From an uncultured delta proteobacterium (GTDB lineage Bacteria > Desulfobacterota > Binatia > UBA9968): a DNA stretch of 64,000 bases. A program made the translations under genes and the position numbers. This document shows, piece by piece, positions 10,502 through 21,271 of the stretch; the first letter of the stretch is position 1, and the number at the start of each line of letters is the position of its first letter. The notes beneath the pieces are model-generated. The model ran no database searches. It was not told the origin of the DNA and worked only from the letters and a program-made list of their open reading frames with translations. The DNA lies in the NCBI GenBank assembly GCA_963847445.1, contig CAWJZV010000023.1, positions 1 to 64,000 on the forward strand, read 5' to 3'.

Positions 10502-11526
10502 GCTGATTTGCGCAACAAGAGCACGGAAAACCATTCTTGCGGATCGGTGTAGTGGGCGACCGGCTGTAAGCCGAGGAAGCCCAATTGCTCCTGCAAGCGG
10601 TTGGGTTCGAACTTGCGGCTGATTTCTACCAAGATGCGTTCATTCCGATTCCAGGTAAAAGCTGCGTTGGCGCTGGGGAAGCTGATGGTCTGGTCTTCGT
10701 TGGCCACCGCGTACATCTCGATCTGCTGCCACTCGGGATTGAACCAGGAGTGATAGCGCATTTTGGCGCGATCGAAGTTAGCGCCGAGCAGCCGGTTGAT
10801 GTTGCCGAACACGTTCAAAATAAATGCCGCGGTGATGCCGCGGCTGTCGTTGTAGGCGGGTTCCAGAATAGTCTTGTCTTTGACCCGGTCGGCGCCCAGG
10901 AGCAAATAATCGTTGGCTCCCATCGCGTCCGCGAGGGCGCGGAAGAAGCGCGGGAACTCGGTCTGATTGAAGTTGCCGATGGTGCTGCCGAGAAAGACGA
11001 AAAGCGTCGGCAGATTCTTGTCGACGGCGGAGAAACCTTCTTGGTAGCGCGAGTGGATGCCGTGGAACTGGATTTGCGGGAAATCGCGGCGCACCGCCGC
11101 TTGGGAGGCGAGCAGACCGGCGATGCTGACATCGATGGGCGCGAACTGGCAGCCGCCGCGCTGGCGCAATTGTTCGGTGAGCAGGTGGATGGTTTTTTTG
11201 CTGTAACCGGCGCCGAGCTCGACGATGCACTCTACCGGTGCGGCGGCGATGATGTTTTTTGCCTGAACTTCTAGGATGCTATTCTCGGTGCGGGTCAGAT
11301 AGTATTCCGGCAGTTCGCAGATATCTTCGAAGAGTTGCGAGCCTTGGTCGTCGTACAGGTGGTAGGCCTCGAGCCAGCGCGGGTGGTCCCACAGCGTGGT
11401 CAAAATCGACAACGTCGGCACCGAGTCGAGATCGGCGCCGCGCAGCGACCAGATTCCCGCAGGTTCGGAGGACCAGCGTGATGTTTCATCGGCGCTGAAA
11501 ATAGTCGGTAAGGTTTGCTGTTCCAT
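10492..11526 (-). CDS. egtD: L-histidine N(alpha)-methyltransferase (hercynine synthase)
   Basis: YDDQGSQLFEDICELPEYYLTRTE, VELGAG, FLGSTIGNF, AYNDSRGITAAF, IEM, EISRKF. Confidence 0.9.
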   Translation of the reverse strand: MEQQTLPTIFSADETSRWSSEPAGIWSLRGADLDSVPTLSILTTLWDHPRWLEAYHLYDDQGSQLFEDICELPEYYLTRTENSILEVQAKNIIAAAPVECIVELGAGYSKKTIHLLTEQLRQRGGCQFAPIDVSIAGLLASQAAVRRDFPQIQFHGIHSRYQEGFSAVDKNLPTLFVFLGSTIGNFNQTEFPRFFRALADAMGANDYLLLGADRVKDKTILEPAYNDSRGITAAFILNVFGNINRLLGANFDRAKMRYHSWFNPEWQQIEMYAVANEDQTISFPSANAAFTWNRNERILVEISRKFEPNRLQEQLGFLGLQPVAHYTDPQEWFSVLLLRKSAQR

Positions 11527-11693
11527 GGCCCGGGTGACTATAAAAGAAATCAATTGAATTCGCGAGCCGGGTTTGAACCCCGCTCGCGCCCAAAGGGGAT
11601 GCTCGCCCCCTTTGGAAACTCCATTTAATTGTCTCCGCCTCAAGAGGCGGAGTTAAATGTCTTCTAGAGCGGATGCGACCGGGCGCCATCACC

Positions 11694-12463
11694 ATGAGCA
11701 ATAAATGAAATCGCCATTGAGTTTCGCGATGTCAGCTTCGTTTTGCCGGGCGGCAAGACCCTGTTGGCCCATCTCAATTTGCAGGTTGGCCGGGGCGAGA
11801 CCTTGGTGCTGCTTGGGCGCAGCGGCTCGGGCAAGACCACGACGATGAAGTTGATCAACCGCTTGATCGACCCGACCGCCGGACAAGTAATCATCGACGG
11901 CAAGCCGACCGTGGACTGGGATCCGATCCAACTGCGCCGGCGCATCGGCTATGTGATCCAGGAGATCGGCTTGTTCCCGCACCTGACTATCGAACAAAAC
12001 ATCGGCGTGGTGCCGCGGCTGGAGGGTTGGCAGCCGGAACGAATTCGGCAACGAGCCTATGAGCTGTTAAATCTGGTCGGTCTCGACGCCGAGCGCTTTC
12101 GCCGGGCGCATGCCGCGTGAGCTTTCCGGCGGCCAGCGCCAGCGCGTCGGAGTGGCACGCGCGCTCGCCGCCGATCCGCCGGTGATTCTCTTGGACGAGC
12201 CCTTCGGCGCCCTCGATCCGATCACCCGGCGCGGCATTCAACAGGAGTTCAAAGCCTTGCAGCAAAACCTGGGCAAGACCATGGTGTTCGTCACCCACGA
12301 TATCGCCGAGGCGTTCGTCCTCGGCAGCCGCATCGGGCTGCTCAAGGACGGCGAGATGGTCTTGCTCGGCGCGCCCGCCGATCTGCTCCAATCGTCTCAT
12401 CCGGAGGCGCGCGCCTTCGCCGCCTGCTTTCACGACGGCCAGGCAATCGGGAGACCGGCGTGA
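11694..12463 (+). CDS. OpuA/OsmV/EgtV-type ABC transporter ATPase; frameshifts near 11702 and 12105
   Basis: [47 protein letters not shown]. Confidence 0.9.
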
Positions 12464-14019
12464 CACTGTTGGAATTCTTCACCCACAATCGCGGCGAGCT
12501 CGGCGAGCTGGTCTTGGAGCATCTGTTTCTCGTCGTCATCTCCACCGGTATCGCCGTGCTGATCGGCGTGCCGCTGGGCATCTTGCTGACGCGCCGGCCG
12601 GCGCTGAGCAAGCCGATCTTAGGTTTCGCCAATATCATGCAGACGGTGCCCAGTCTGGCGCTGTTCGGTTTTCTCATCCCGCTGAATATTTATTTATTCC
12701 AGGTTAAAATCGTCGGCGGCATCGGCGCGCGCACGGCGATCGTCGCCTTGGTGCTCTACTCGCTGCTGCCGATCATCCGCAATACTTTTACCGGTATCAG
12801 CAATGTCGACCCGGCGATTCGCGACGCCGGCCGCGGCATGGGCATGACCGACCGCCAGTTGTTGTTGCAAGTCGAGCTGCCGTTGGCGTTGGGCGTGATC
12901 ATCGCCGGCGTGCGCGTCGCCACGGTGATCTGCGTCGGCACCGCGACCATCGCCGCGGCCATCGATGCCGGCGGCTTGGGCCGCTATATCTTTCGCGGTT
13001 TGCGCGCCAACGACAACGTGCTCATCCTGGCCGGCGCGGTGCCGGCGGCGCTGATCGCCATCGCCGCCGATTTACTGCTTGGCTATTTCGAGAAAACCAT
13101 TCAACTCGGTGCGGCGGTGCGCGGCAAGTCGAAGAGCTTGCTGTGGGCCAGCGCTCTGGTCGTTTTGGCGGTGCTCGGCGGGGTGTACTTTTTCAACAGT
13201 AATAGCGGCGGCCGCATCGCCGTCGGTTCCAAAGATTTCACCGAGCAAGTCATTCTCGGCGAGATCGTCGCCCAAGCGATCGAGGCTAAAGCTGGCCTGC
13301 AAGTGGTTCGTCGTTTCGACCTGGGCGGCAATCTCGCCCATGAGGCGCTCATCGGCGGCGAGATCGACGTTTACGTCGAATATACCGGCACGGGGCTCTT
13401 GGCGATCTTAAAAGAAAAGCCCTTGGCCGATCCGCAGGAAGTCTTGCGCCGGGTGAAATCGGCCTACGCCGCGCGCTTCAAACTCGAATGGACCGAACCG
13501 CTGGGGTTCAGCAATACCTTTGCGATTCTCGTCCGCGGCGACGATGCCAAGAAGCTTGGCTTAAAGACTGTCAGCGACGCGGCGAAAGTTTCGTCCCAGT
13601 GGCGTGCCGGTTTCGGCCAGGACTTCATGTCGCGTGCCGATGGCTATCCGGGTTTTTCCAAAGCCTACGGACTGCACTTCGAGGCCACCCGCGAGATGGA
13701 TTTGTCGCTGACCTATCGCGCGTTGGCGGAGAACCAGGTGGATCTCATCGCCGGCAATTCAACCGACGGTTTGATCAGCCGCTACGGCTTGTATCAATTG
13801 GCTGATGACCGGCATTATTTCCCGCCCTACGATGCCGTGCCGGTGGTGCGCCAGGCGACGCTGGAAAAATATCCGGCGCTGCGCGCGGTGCTCAAACAGC
13901 TCGGCGGCATTCTCACTGTCGATGAGATGCGTAAGCTGAACTACGCGGTGGACGGCGAGAAGCGCCAGGCGAAGGAGGTCGCGCAGGAATTTTTACGCGG
14001 CAAGGCAGTGTTGCGTTAA
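12460..14019 (+). CDS. Fused permease + substrate-binding protein of a quaternary-amine ABC importer (OpuBC/OsmF/EgtU-like)
   Basis: QTVPSLAL and EAA-like DAGRGMGMT permease motifs fused to [15 protein letters not shown] and YFPPY binding-domain motifs. Confidence 0.9.
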   Translation: MTLLEFFTHNRGELGELVLEHLFLVVISTGIAVLIGVPLGILLTRRPALSKPILGFANIMQTVPSLALFGFLIPLNIYLFQVKIVGGIGARTAIVALVLYSLLPIIRNTFTGISNVDPAIRDAGRGMGMTDRQLLLQVELPLALGVIIAGVRVATVICVGTATIAAAIDAGGLGRYIFRGLRANDNVLILAGAVPAALIAIAADLLLGYFEKTIQLGAAVRGKSKSLLWASALVVLAVLGGVYFFNSNSGGRIAVGSKDFTEQVILGEIVAQAIEAKAGLQVVRRFDLGGNLAHEALIGGEIDVYVEYTGTGLLAILKEKPLADPQEVLRRVKSAYAARFKLEWTEPLGFSNTFAILVRGDDAKKLGLKTVSDAAKVSSQWRAGFGQDFMSRADGYPGFSKAYGLHFEATREMDLSLTYRALAENQVDLIAGNSTDGLISRYGLYQLADDRHYFPPYDAVPVVRQATLEKYPALRAVLKQLGGILTVDEMRKLNYAVDGEKRQAKEVAQEFLRGKAVLR

Positions 14020-14157
14020 TGTACGCCGGCACCGATTGATCGAATCGGCGTCGTTGGCCACGGTAACGGTTTTTCACGGGTTGGTTCTCACGTCGTTGTT
14101 GAAACTTTCCCGCCGCAGTTGTTACATGAATTTTATCAAGGTTTACGGAGGTGCGTT

Positions 14158-15210
14158 ATGGCGAAAGTAACTGGTTTCATCGATGCCGATGGCCATGTGG
14201 TGGAAGCAGACTCCGAGCTGCTCGATTTTCTCCCGGTACCGTTCAAAGGGCGGGACGATCTGATGGCATTCCCATTTTTCCCGACGCTCGACGGCTTTCA
14301 CCGGCAAGCGCGGCGGATTCTTGATGGCAAAGGGCGTTCCATCGCTAAAGCCAGCCTGAAGGAATGGCAACAATTTCTTGACGAAGACGAGATCGCCTGG
14401 TCGGTGCTGTACCCGACGACCGCACTAACCTTCGGCCTAGTTCGCGACAAGGACTGGGCCTGCGCGCTGGCGACCGGCTACAACAATTATCTCTACGAAA
14501 GTTTCACCAAATCGGAGAAGCGTTTAAAAGGCATGGCACTGTTGCCCCTGCAAGATATTCCGGCGGCGGTAAAGGAGCTGCGTCGTGCGGTTAAAGAGTT
14601 GGGTTTTGTCGGCGGGGTCTTGCCAGCGGTTGGGTTGCGTCAGCCTTTCGGCGATGAACGTTATTTCCCTGTCTATCAGGCGGCTCAGGAGTTGGACGCG
14701 TTATTGGCCGTGCACGCGGCGCCGACCCAGGGCATCGGCGTCGACGGCTTCGACCGTCTCATCGAAGTGCGCACGTTGAGCCATGGCTTCGGCCAGATGA
14801 TTCAGATCACCAGCATGATCTACAGCGGCGTTTACGACCGGTTTCCCAAGTTGAAGGTTGCCTATGCCGAAGCCGGCTGCGGCTGGGTGCCCTATCTGAT
14901 GGAACGTTTGGATTTGGAATACCAACATCGCCCCAACCAAGCGCCGGATTGCCGGAAGCCGCCGTCGGAGCATTTGAAGAGCGGCCAGATTTTTATTCAC
15001 TGTGAGTTGGAAGATCGCGGGATTGCGCAGGTGGCCGGGGCGCTGCGCGACGATATTTTGTTTTGCGCGAGCGATTTTCCCCATGAGCCACGCAACGAAT
15101 TTCGCGAGAATCTCGAAAGATTCATGGCGCGGGAGGATGTCGGCGCCGACACCAAGCGCAAGATTTGTTTTGAGAATCCCAAGCGGATGTATCCGTTGGC
15201 TTTGCAGTAA
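14158..15210 (+). CDS. Amidohydrolase_2 family protein
   Basis: IDADGHV, LYPT, EAGCGWVP, ASDFPH, ENPKRMY. Confidence 0.88.
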   Translation: MAKVTGFIDADGHVVEADSELLDFLPVPFKGRDDLMAFPFFPTLDGFHRQARRILDGKGRSIAKASLKEWQQFLDEDEIAWSVLYPTTALTFGLVRDKDWACALATGYNNYLYESFTKSEKRLKGMALLPLQDIPAAVKELRRAVKELGFVGGVLPAVGLRQPFGDERYFPVYQAAQELDALLAVHAAPTQGIGVDGFDRLIEVRTLSHGFGQMIQITSMIYSGVYDRFPKLKVAYAEAGCGWVPYLMERLDLEYQHRPNQAPDCRKPPSEHLKSGQIFIHCELEDRGIAQVAGALRDDILFCASDFPHEPRNEFRENLERFMAREDVGADTKRKICFENPKRMYPLALQ

Positions 15211-15301
15211 GCTTGATGTTTTCCACGAGCCCATGATTCGACAGTCGTCTTCAGAAAGTGAAATTGGAGTAAAATCGCCACCAATGCGTCTCAACTCGAC
15301 T

Positions 15302-15379
15302 CGTCATTCCCGCGCACGCGGGAATCCAGGTTTGTTCTTCGCGGAGTTCGCCTGGATACCCGCCTGCGCGGGTACGACG
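15302..15379. repeat. Inverted pair of GTCATTCCCGCG-type REP palindromes
   Basis: cgtcattcccgcgcacgcgggaatccag ... ctggatacccgcctgcgcgggtacgacg. Confidence 0.8.
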
Positions 15380-15387
15380 GACCATGG

Positions 15388-15415
15388 GTAGGGGTGAAAG
15401 ATTTTTCGCCCCTAC
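15388..15415. repeat. GTAG-type REP palindrome
   Basis: gtaggggtgaaagatttttcgcccctac. Confidence 0.75.
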
Positions 15416-15427
15416 GGCGTAGCCTTG

Positions 15428-16648
15428 ATGAATGATGCAAAAACCTACGGCGCGTTTCGCGCGCTGCGCTATCCCGACTATTTTTGGTTTTGGTCAAGCT
15501 ATTTTGTCTCCAACGTCGGTTCATGGATGCAGAGCATCGCCATGGGCTGGCTGCTTTTCGATATGACGGCGTCGCCGCTCTATCTTGGCCTATTCAGTTC
15601 GCTGCGCATGGTGCTGTTGCTGAGTTTTTTTATTATCGGCGGGATCATGTCGGACCGCATCGACCGGCGCAAAGTAATGCTCTGGATTCAGTTCATCGCC
15701 GCAGGCACCTCACTCGCTTTGGCGCTGCTGGTCTCGAGTCATACGATCCAGGTCTGGCATATCTTCGTGCTCGGCGCGGTCACGTCGACTACCTGGGCGT
15801 TCGAGCAGCCGGTGCGCCAGGCTTTGCTGCCGCAACTGATTCCGCGCGATGTCCTGGTCAATGCTCTGGCGCTGAACGCCGTGACCTGGAACGGCGCCGG
15901 CTTGCTCGGGCCGAGCTTGGTCGGGATTTCCGTCGGCACGATCGGCATCGACGGATGTTTCTACGTCAACGTTGTCAGCTACCTGGCGGTAGTGGCGGCC
16001 TTGCTCCGGCTACGCGTCCCGGCCAACGTCCAGGAGCCTGGGCGCGGCACGGTGCTGCAGAGCTTGCTCGGCGGATTTCGTTACGTGCGCGCCGAGCCGG
16101 TCATCTTCAACTTTCTGGCGGTCTCGGCGATTTTTAATATCTTCGGCCGTTCCTATGCGACGCTACTGCCGGTGTTCGCCAAGGATGTCCTGCGTGTCGG
16201 TGCCTCCGGCTTCGGCTTTCTCGCCGCGGGTCCGGGACTGGGAACGATCTTCGGTTCGCTTACCTTGGCAAGTTTGGGACGAGTGGAGGCCAAGCGCTGG
16301 CTCATGGTCTCCATGCTGCTTGCTTTCGCCGCGGCATTGTTCGGTTTTGCCGTGAGCCGCAACTTTTCCATCGCCGTCGCGCTCTTGGTTGCCATCGGCG
16401 CCTTGAGCACGGTATTTGAGACGCTGCTCAACACGTCGATTCAGCTGCGCGTCGACGAGGCGTTCCGCGGCCGGGTCTCCGGGTTCTACGGTTTAACCGG
16501 CGGCGGCTTGCGTGAGTTCGGCGGCATGCAAGCCGGTTTCGTCGCCGAATGGACCAGCGCGCCGTTGGCGATCGCCGCCGGCGCCGTTGTCCTAGCGATT
16601 GTCGGTTATGCGTTTTTGGGCGCGCGCCTCAAGCGCATGGCTTCATAG
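15428..16648 (+). CDS. MFS transporter (MFS_3/DHA3-like)
   Basis: FRALRYPDY, SNVGSWMQ, SDRIDRRK, FRGRV; about 12 TM segments. Confidence 0.9.
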   Translation: MNDAKTYGAFRALRYPDYFWFWSSYFVSNVGSWMQSIAMGWLLFDMTASPLYLGLFSSLRMVLLLSFFIIGGIMSDRIDRRKVMLWIQFIAAGTSLALALLVSSHTIQVWHIFVLGAVTSTTWAFEQPVRQALLPQLIPRDVLVNALALNAVTWNGAGLLGPSLVGISVGTIGIDGCFYVNVVSYLAVVAALLRLRVPANVQEPGRGTVLQSLLGGFRYVRAEPVIFNFLAVSAIFNIFGRSYATLLPVFAKDVLRVGASGFGFLAAGPGLGTIFGSLTLASLGRVEAKRWLMVSMLLAFAAALFGFAVSRNFSIAVALLVAIGALSTVFETLLNTSIQLRVDEAFRGRVSGFYGLTGGGLREFGGMQAGFVAEWTSAPLAIAAGAVVLAIVGYAFLGARLKRMAS

Positions 16649-16673
16649 CAACTTTCCGATGCCGAGGTGATGC

Positions 16674-17669
16674 ATGGGTTATAGTCATTGTTTGCTAGTC
16701 GTTGCGGGGATGCTGATCAGCTTCATTGCTGCGCCAGCGCCAGCGCAAAAGCTCGATCGCGCCGTGCTGGCCTTCGGTTCCACCGGGCCAAACCTGACGA
16801 CGTTCTGGCTCGCTCGCGAAGCTGGTTTGTATAAACAATATGGATTGGATGTCGACGTGGTGTTTTTCCGCGGCAGCACGATCGCGATCAATGCGCTGGC
16901 GACCAAGGATGCCCATTTCGGCGCCTTCGGCGCCAGCTCTTCCGTGCTCGCCAAGTTGGGCGGCATGGACACCGTGCTGATCGCCACCGCAACACCCGGG
17001 TTGTTATTCTATCTGGTGACAAAAAAAGAAATTCGCAACGCCGCCGACATGAAAGGCAAACGGATCGGCGCGAGCCGGCCCGGCACTGATTCCGATCTCG
17101 CGGCCCGGGTCGCGGTGCAGAAATTGGGACTCGGTGAAAAAGACGTAACCATCATCGCCATGGGCACCGACAGTGAAAGACTGGCGGCGATGACTCAAGG
17201 GGTGGTCGATGCCACGGTGGTCACCATCGGCGGCTATGTGGCGGCGCAGAAGATGGGCTTCCATGCCATATTGGACCTTTCCCAAGCCAACGTTCCCTAC
17301 GAAGCCGCGTCGATGATCACGACGCGCGCTTTGATCAAGGAGAATCCCGATATGGTGCGCAGCTTCACCAAGGGTTTCGTGGCGGCGATCCAATACGCCC
17401 AAACCCATCGGGAATTTACCTTGAAAGTTCTAAGCAAATACATGCGCACGGATGATAAAGATGTGCTCAACGCCAGTTACGATTATTACGTCGGCCGGAT
17501 CATTCCACGGGTTCCCTACGTCAGCGAAAAGGGCTTGCAGGGCGTCATCGATTTCATCCGCCAGCGCAATCCGCAGACGCCCAACGTCAAAGCGTCTGAC
17601 TTCATGGATAACCGGTTTATTAAAGAGTTGGACGACAGCGGTTTTATTAAAGCACTCTATAGCCGTTAA
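16674..17669 (+). CDS. NMT1/SsuA-like ABC substrate-binding protein
   Basis: Signal peptide, GLYKQYGLDV, DMKGKRIG, C-terminal DFMDNRFIKELDDSGFI. Confidence 0.88.
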   Translation: MGYSHCLLVVAGMLISFIAAPAPAQKLDRAVLAFGSTGPNLTTFWLAREAGLYKQYGLDVDVVFFRGSTIAINALATKDAHFGAFGASSSVLAKLGGMDTVLIATATPGLLFYLVTKKEIRNAADMKGKRIGASRPGTDSDLAARVAVQKLGLGEKDVTIIAMGTDSERLAAMTQGVVDATVVTIGGYVAAQKMGFHAILDLSQANVPYEAASMITTRALIKENPDMVRSFTKGFVAAIQYAQTHREFTLKVLSKYMRTDDKDVLNASYDYYVGRIIPRVPYVSEKGLQGVIDFIRQRNPQTPNVKASDFMDNRFIKELDDSGFIKALYSR

Positions 17670-17677
17670 GATCTAAG

Positions 17678-17734
17678 GGAGCGCGGACATTCTTGTCCGC
17701 GTCTTTCAAACGCGGGTTAGAAAACCCGCGCTCC
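17678..17734. repeat. GGAGCGCGG-type double-hairpin REP-like element between convergent genes
   Basis: ggagcgcggacattcttgtccgcg ... cgcgggttagaaaacccgcgctcc. Confidence 0.7.
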
Positions 17735-17761
17735 TGTGCGGATAAACAACGCTGGACGTGC

Positions 17762-18328
17762 TCAAATGAAAATGTCTTTTGCGGCGAGTTTGAATTCGCC
17801 AAATGGCGGCACGAGGGACGGGGCCTCACCCTGAAGAGTTACTTCCAAGCGATAACTATCCACGTTTAAAAGATAGACATCGACGGTTTCTAGCTCCGGA
17901 TCGACGATCCAATAGGCCGGTACTTTGTGGCGCGCATAAATCTGCGCTTTGGTGACGCGGTCGGTCCGGCTTGTGGCCGGCGACAAGATTTCGACTACGA
18001 GATCGGGTGCGCCCACAATCCCCCGGTCTGCGAGGATGGCTTGACGCTCTTGCGAAACGAACAATAGGTCCGGCTGTAGAACCGACGTGGACTCGAGGAT
18101 GAGATCGATGGGGGCGTGATAGAGTTTACCTAGGTCTTTCGCCCTTATGTGTTGAGCTAGAAGGAAAAAAAGGTTTCCCGACGCAGTTTGGTGCTTCAGA
18201 TTCGGAGCTGGCGTCACGGCGAGTTCTCCTTCCAGAATCTCGTAGCGGTTGCCGTCGTTGGGTATCGCCGCGTAATCCTCGTAGGTGAGAATGATTTTGC
18301 CTTCGGGAATGCGCATCGGTATGGACAT
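17762..18328 (-). CDS. Uma2 family (PD-(D/E)xK) endonuclease
   Basis: RYEILEGEL, QPDL, APDLVVEILSP, YWIVDP. Confidence 0.9.
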   Translation of the reverse strand: MSIPMRIPEGKIILTYEDYAAIPNDGNRYEILEGELAVTPAPNLKHQTASGNLFFLLAQHIRAKDLGKLYHAPIDLILESTSVLQPDLLFVSQERQAILADRGIVGAPDLVVEILSPATSRTDRVTKAQIYARHKVPAYWIVDPELETVDVYLLNVDSYRLEVTLQGEAPSLVPPFGEFKLAAKDIFI

Positions 18329-18376
18329 GCTAGCCTCGCGTCTGTGGAGTATTTTTACCACCGTGGCGGCATAGCG

Positions 18377-19861
18377 TCAATGAAAGCAAGAACGGCGCGG
18401 TTTAGGCTGGCTGTTTCTGATCAGCCGGGCGTAGAAGTTGATGCAGCGCAGGTAGTCGGTGAGCGAAATTCGCTCGTCGATGCCGTGATACCGTTTGGTG
18501 TCCGCCGCCGTAATTGTGATCGGCAAGAATCGCAGAATATTCTTGGTCAGACCGGCGTAGTGGCGCGAATCGGTGGCGGCGACTAGGAGTGCCGGAGCGA
18601 CGATCGCATCAGGCGCGGTTTGGCGTATGGTGCTTTCTACGAGTTTAAAGCTTGGGCTCGCGATGTCCGTCACGGCCGACGGTTCTATGCGAATCGGCAG
18701 CGGTGTGAGCTTGACTTGGGGGTCGTCGATCGCTTTGCGCACATGCTCCAGCGCAGTGGCGGTACTTTCGCCCGGCATGACGCGCAAATTGATCACCGCG
18801 TGGGCTTGTGTCGGCAGGACGTTTTCTTTGACACCGGAGCATGAAAAATGGTCGGCGCGATGGTGGTGCGCAGGATCGCATTGGTCAACGGCGATTTAGA
18901 CAGCCGATTGGCAGATCAACGGTTCAAATAACCAGAGGTTGGCTAACACCAGTTTTTGCGACCAACGCCATTTCGGGGCCGAGGTAATCAAACATCGCAC
19001 GGGTCGGGCCGCGGAGTCTCGCCGGGAATGGCGTCGCATCGAGTCGCTGCAAGGCTCGGCTGATGCGGTCGATGGCGTTATCGCGGGCGGAATCGAGCTG
19101 TGGCCACCGACTGCGTTCGCGCTCAGTTGGACACTCAGGTAGCCTTTCTCGGCGACGCCGATTAGCGCGACCGGTGTGTTAACACCTTCGATGACGCCGC
19201 TGAGAATATTCATCCCTTCGTCGAGGACAAATTCCAGTTGCACGTTGCGCGCCGCTAAGGTCGCGGCGATCTTGGCGGCGCCGTTTGCACCGCCGATCTC
19301 TTCGTCGTGGCCGAAGGCGAGATAGATGGTGCGTGTAGGTTGGAATCCTTCGGATAGCAGGCGTTCGACCGCTTCGAGTATTGCCGAGGACGCTTGCCTT
19401 GTCATCCATGGCGCCGCGGCCCCAGATGATATCCGTCGGCGAGCTGTCCGGCGAAAGGCGGGTAGGTCCATGATTTCTCACTGGCAGGATCGGCGGGCAC
19501 TACGTCCATATGGGCAAGCAACAGGATCGGTTTCAAGTTCGGTGCGAGTGCCTTGCCAAGTGTAAAGCAGACTGTGCTGATTGACGGTTTCTCTCGCCAA
19601 GCGCTTATGCAACGCGGGAAATGACTCGGTAAGAAAAGCATGAAAGCGCTCGAACTCGGCCTGTGATGCCGAGTCGACCGGCGAGACCGTCCGATGGCGA
19701 ATCGCGCGGCTAAGTCGTTGCACAGCGGCATCGACATCGATTTGAATCGGCGTTGCGGGGGCAACGTCGATCTGACGCGGCACAAAGCGCTGAACGCCGA
19801 TCACGAGCGCGCCGCCAAGGACAGCGGCGACCAGGGCGAGCACGCCAAAAAGCTTATTCAT
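18377..19861 (-). CDS. M20 family metallopeptidase (PM20D1/yscS-like), several frameshifts
   Basis: Fragments LLLAHMDVVPA, IWGRGAMDDK, FGHDEEIGG, VLDEG, GGHSS, ATDSRHY, HGIDERI. Confidence 0.85.
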
Positions 19862-19917
19862 GCAGCTCCGGGGTAGCAACTTTGGCTAGGTGACGGCAAG
19901 TCGCTTGATCAGCCAGA

Positions 19918-20109
19918 GAATTACTTGGCAGAGCCCGAGGACGAGTAGAGAATCGACTAAGAGCGGCGCCGGCCTATGTGGGTCGTGAGATAGGCGGGAT
20001 CAGCCTGACGGTGGCCGCGAAATATCTGAGGCGAGATCTGAGCACGATATTGTCCGCGCTGAAGGCATTGAATGATGGGCTAGCAACGGACGGCGGTCGG
20101 CGCAAGTAG
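19918..20109 (+). mobile_element. Remnant of the C-terminal HTH of a RAYT/Y1-type transposase
   Basis: Startless frame ELLGRARGRVENRLRAAPAYVGREIGGISLTVAAKYLRRDLSTILSALKALNDGL...* resembles the DnaA-C-like HTH tail of REP-associated tyrosine transposases. Confidence 0.55.
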
Positions 20110-20224
20110 ATGGCGCAGCCGGGCACGCGACTTTGCCAGGGACGGCTCATTACCAAGCTTACAAAGCCTGAACATCAAGATGGTCCTGAAACCAAGGTCG
20201 ATGAGAACAGCGGAACCATTTCGA

Positions 20225-21241
20225 TTAGTAGGAGCGCTCGCGTTTACGCGTGATCCGGCCTGCTTCAATCGGGTCGCCTTCATCGTTATAGATGCGCGTG
20301 CTGGTAAAACCTTGGGGCCAGATTGACGTGATCCACTGGCGGATATTGAAGCCGATACGAAGCTGGGTAATCGAATTTGGATTTTCGTTAATGTGCTGGT
20401 GTTCCCACATGGCCGGCGGCACATAAAGAACGTCGCCAGCTTGCCAAGCGATACGCTTGCCCTGCATATCGGTGTACCCCTCACCCTCAATGGCATAAAC
20501 CACAGCCTCAAGATGCTTGTGCCTGCCGCTCTCATGGAAGCCCGGCTCAATCCAGCGATTGGTAATCGCGACGCTGATGGCACGGAAGCCATTTTTAGGC
20601 ACAATGAGATAGTTGGAGAAGTCGTGCTGGTTTTTGGTCGCGGCGATTGCCCCCTGGGGATTATAGCTTTCCCCGTCAGGCAACTTTTCTTTATTGGTCG
20701 GCGCCTGCTCAAGATGGATAATCGCACGAGTGCCATCGGGGTAATACTGTGACGTCTCCTCAGGCACGGCAGCGATCATCGAGGGCTCATTGGGGCCGCA
20801 GCTCTCGATCTGCTCAATGCGCGCAACCCGGAGGTAGGACTCGAGATCGAAACACATGCCGTGGATGATTAAGACCGGAACCTTGCCGGTATTGAAATGT
20901 TGATGCTCAGCCCAAAATGGAATCTGCAGCGTGCTGCTTTGGTGCCAGTTAAAACGCTGGCCATTGATAATGCTAAAACCTTCACCCTCGAGGATGTGCA
21001 TCGACTCTTCGCCGTGCCGATGCTTGCCGGTATGCCAGCCAACCGGAATTTCCGATTTGAGCACATTGCTGCCCATGGTGGCAAAACCGAGATGGTTAGC
21101 AACCATCAGCTTTACTTTGACATCATGAGGCGTTGAAACCCATGGAATGTCTTTGTCCGCGGCTACCAGGCGGCCGAGTTCAAGTTCATCTTGGAGTTTG
21201 TTTGGCGTTTCGAGCCATTGTTCATAGAAATTCTTTGCCAT
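20225..21241 (-). CDS. Bicupin domain protein (gentisate dioxygenase-like fold)
   Basis: Two cupin motifs: HTGKHRHGEE...HQHFN and SGRHKHLEAV...WEHQHIN. Confidence 0.85.
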   Translation of the reverse strand: MAKNFYEQWLETPNKLQDELELGRLVAADKDIPWVSTPHDVKVKLMVANHLGFATMGSNVLKSEIPVGWHTGKHRHGEESMHILEGEGFSIINGQRFNWHQSSTLQIPFWAEHQHFNTGKVPVLIIHGMCFDLESYLRVARIEQIESCGPNEPSMIAAVPEETSQYYPDGTRAIIHLEQAPTNKEKLPDGESYNPQGAIAATKNQHDFSNYLIVPKNGFRAISVAITNRWIEPGFHESGRHKHLEAVVYAIEGEGYTDMQGKRIAWQAGDVLYVPPAMWEHQHINENPNSITQLRIGFNIRQWITSIWPQGFTSTRIYNDEGDPIEAGRITRKRERSY

Positions 21242-21271
21242 AACGATTCCCTTTGTCAGTGTGTTAAATAA

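Noticed and set aside
11694-11710. Early in-frame TGA in the ABC ATPase (and TGA in rimM) as selenocysteine or recoding
   Set aside because: Removing one base restores a normal frame; these are not Cys-equivalent positions.
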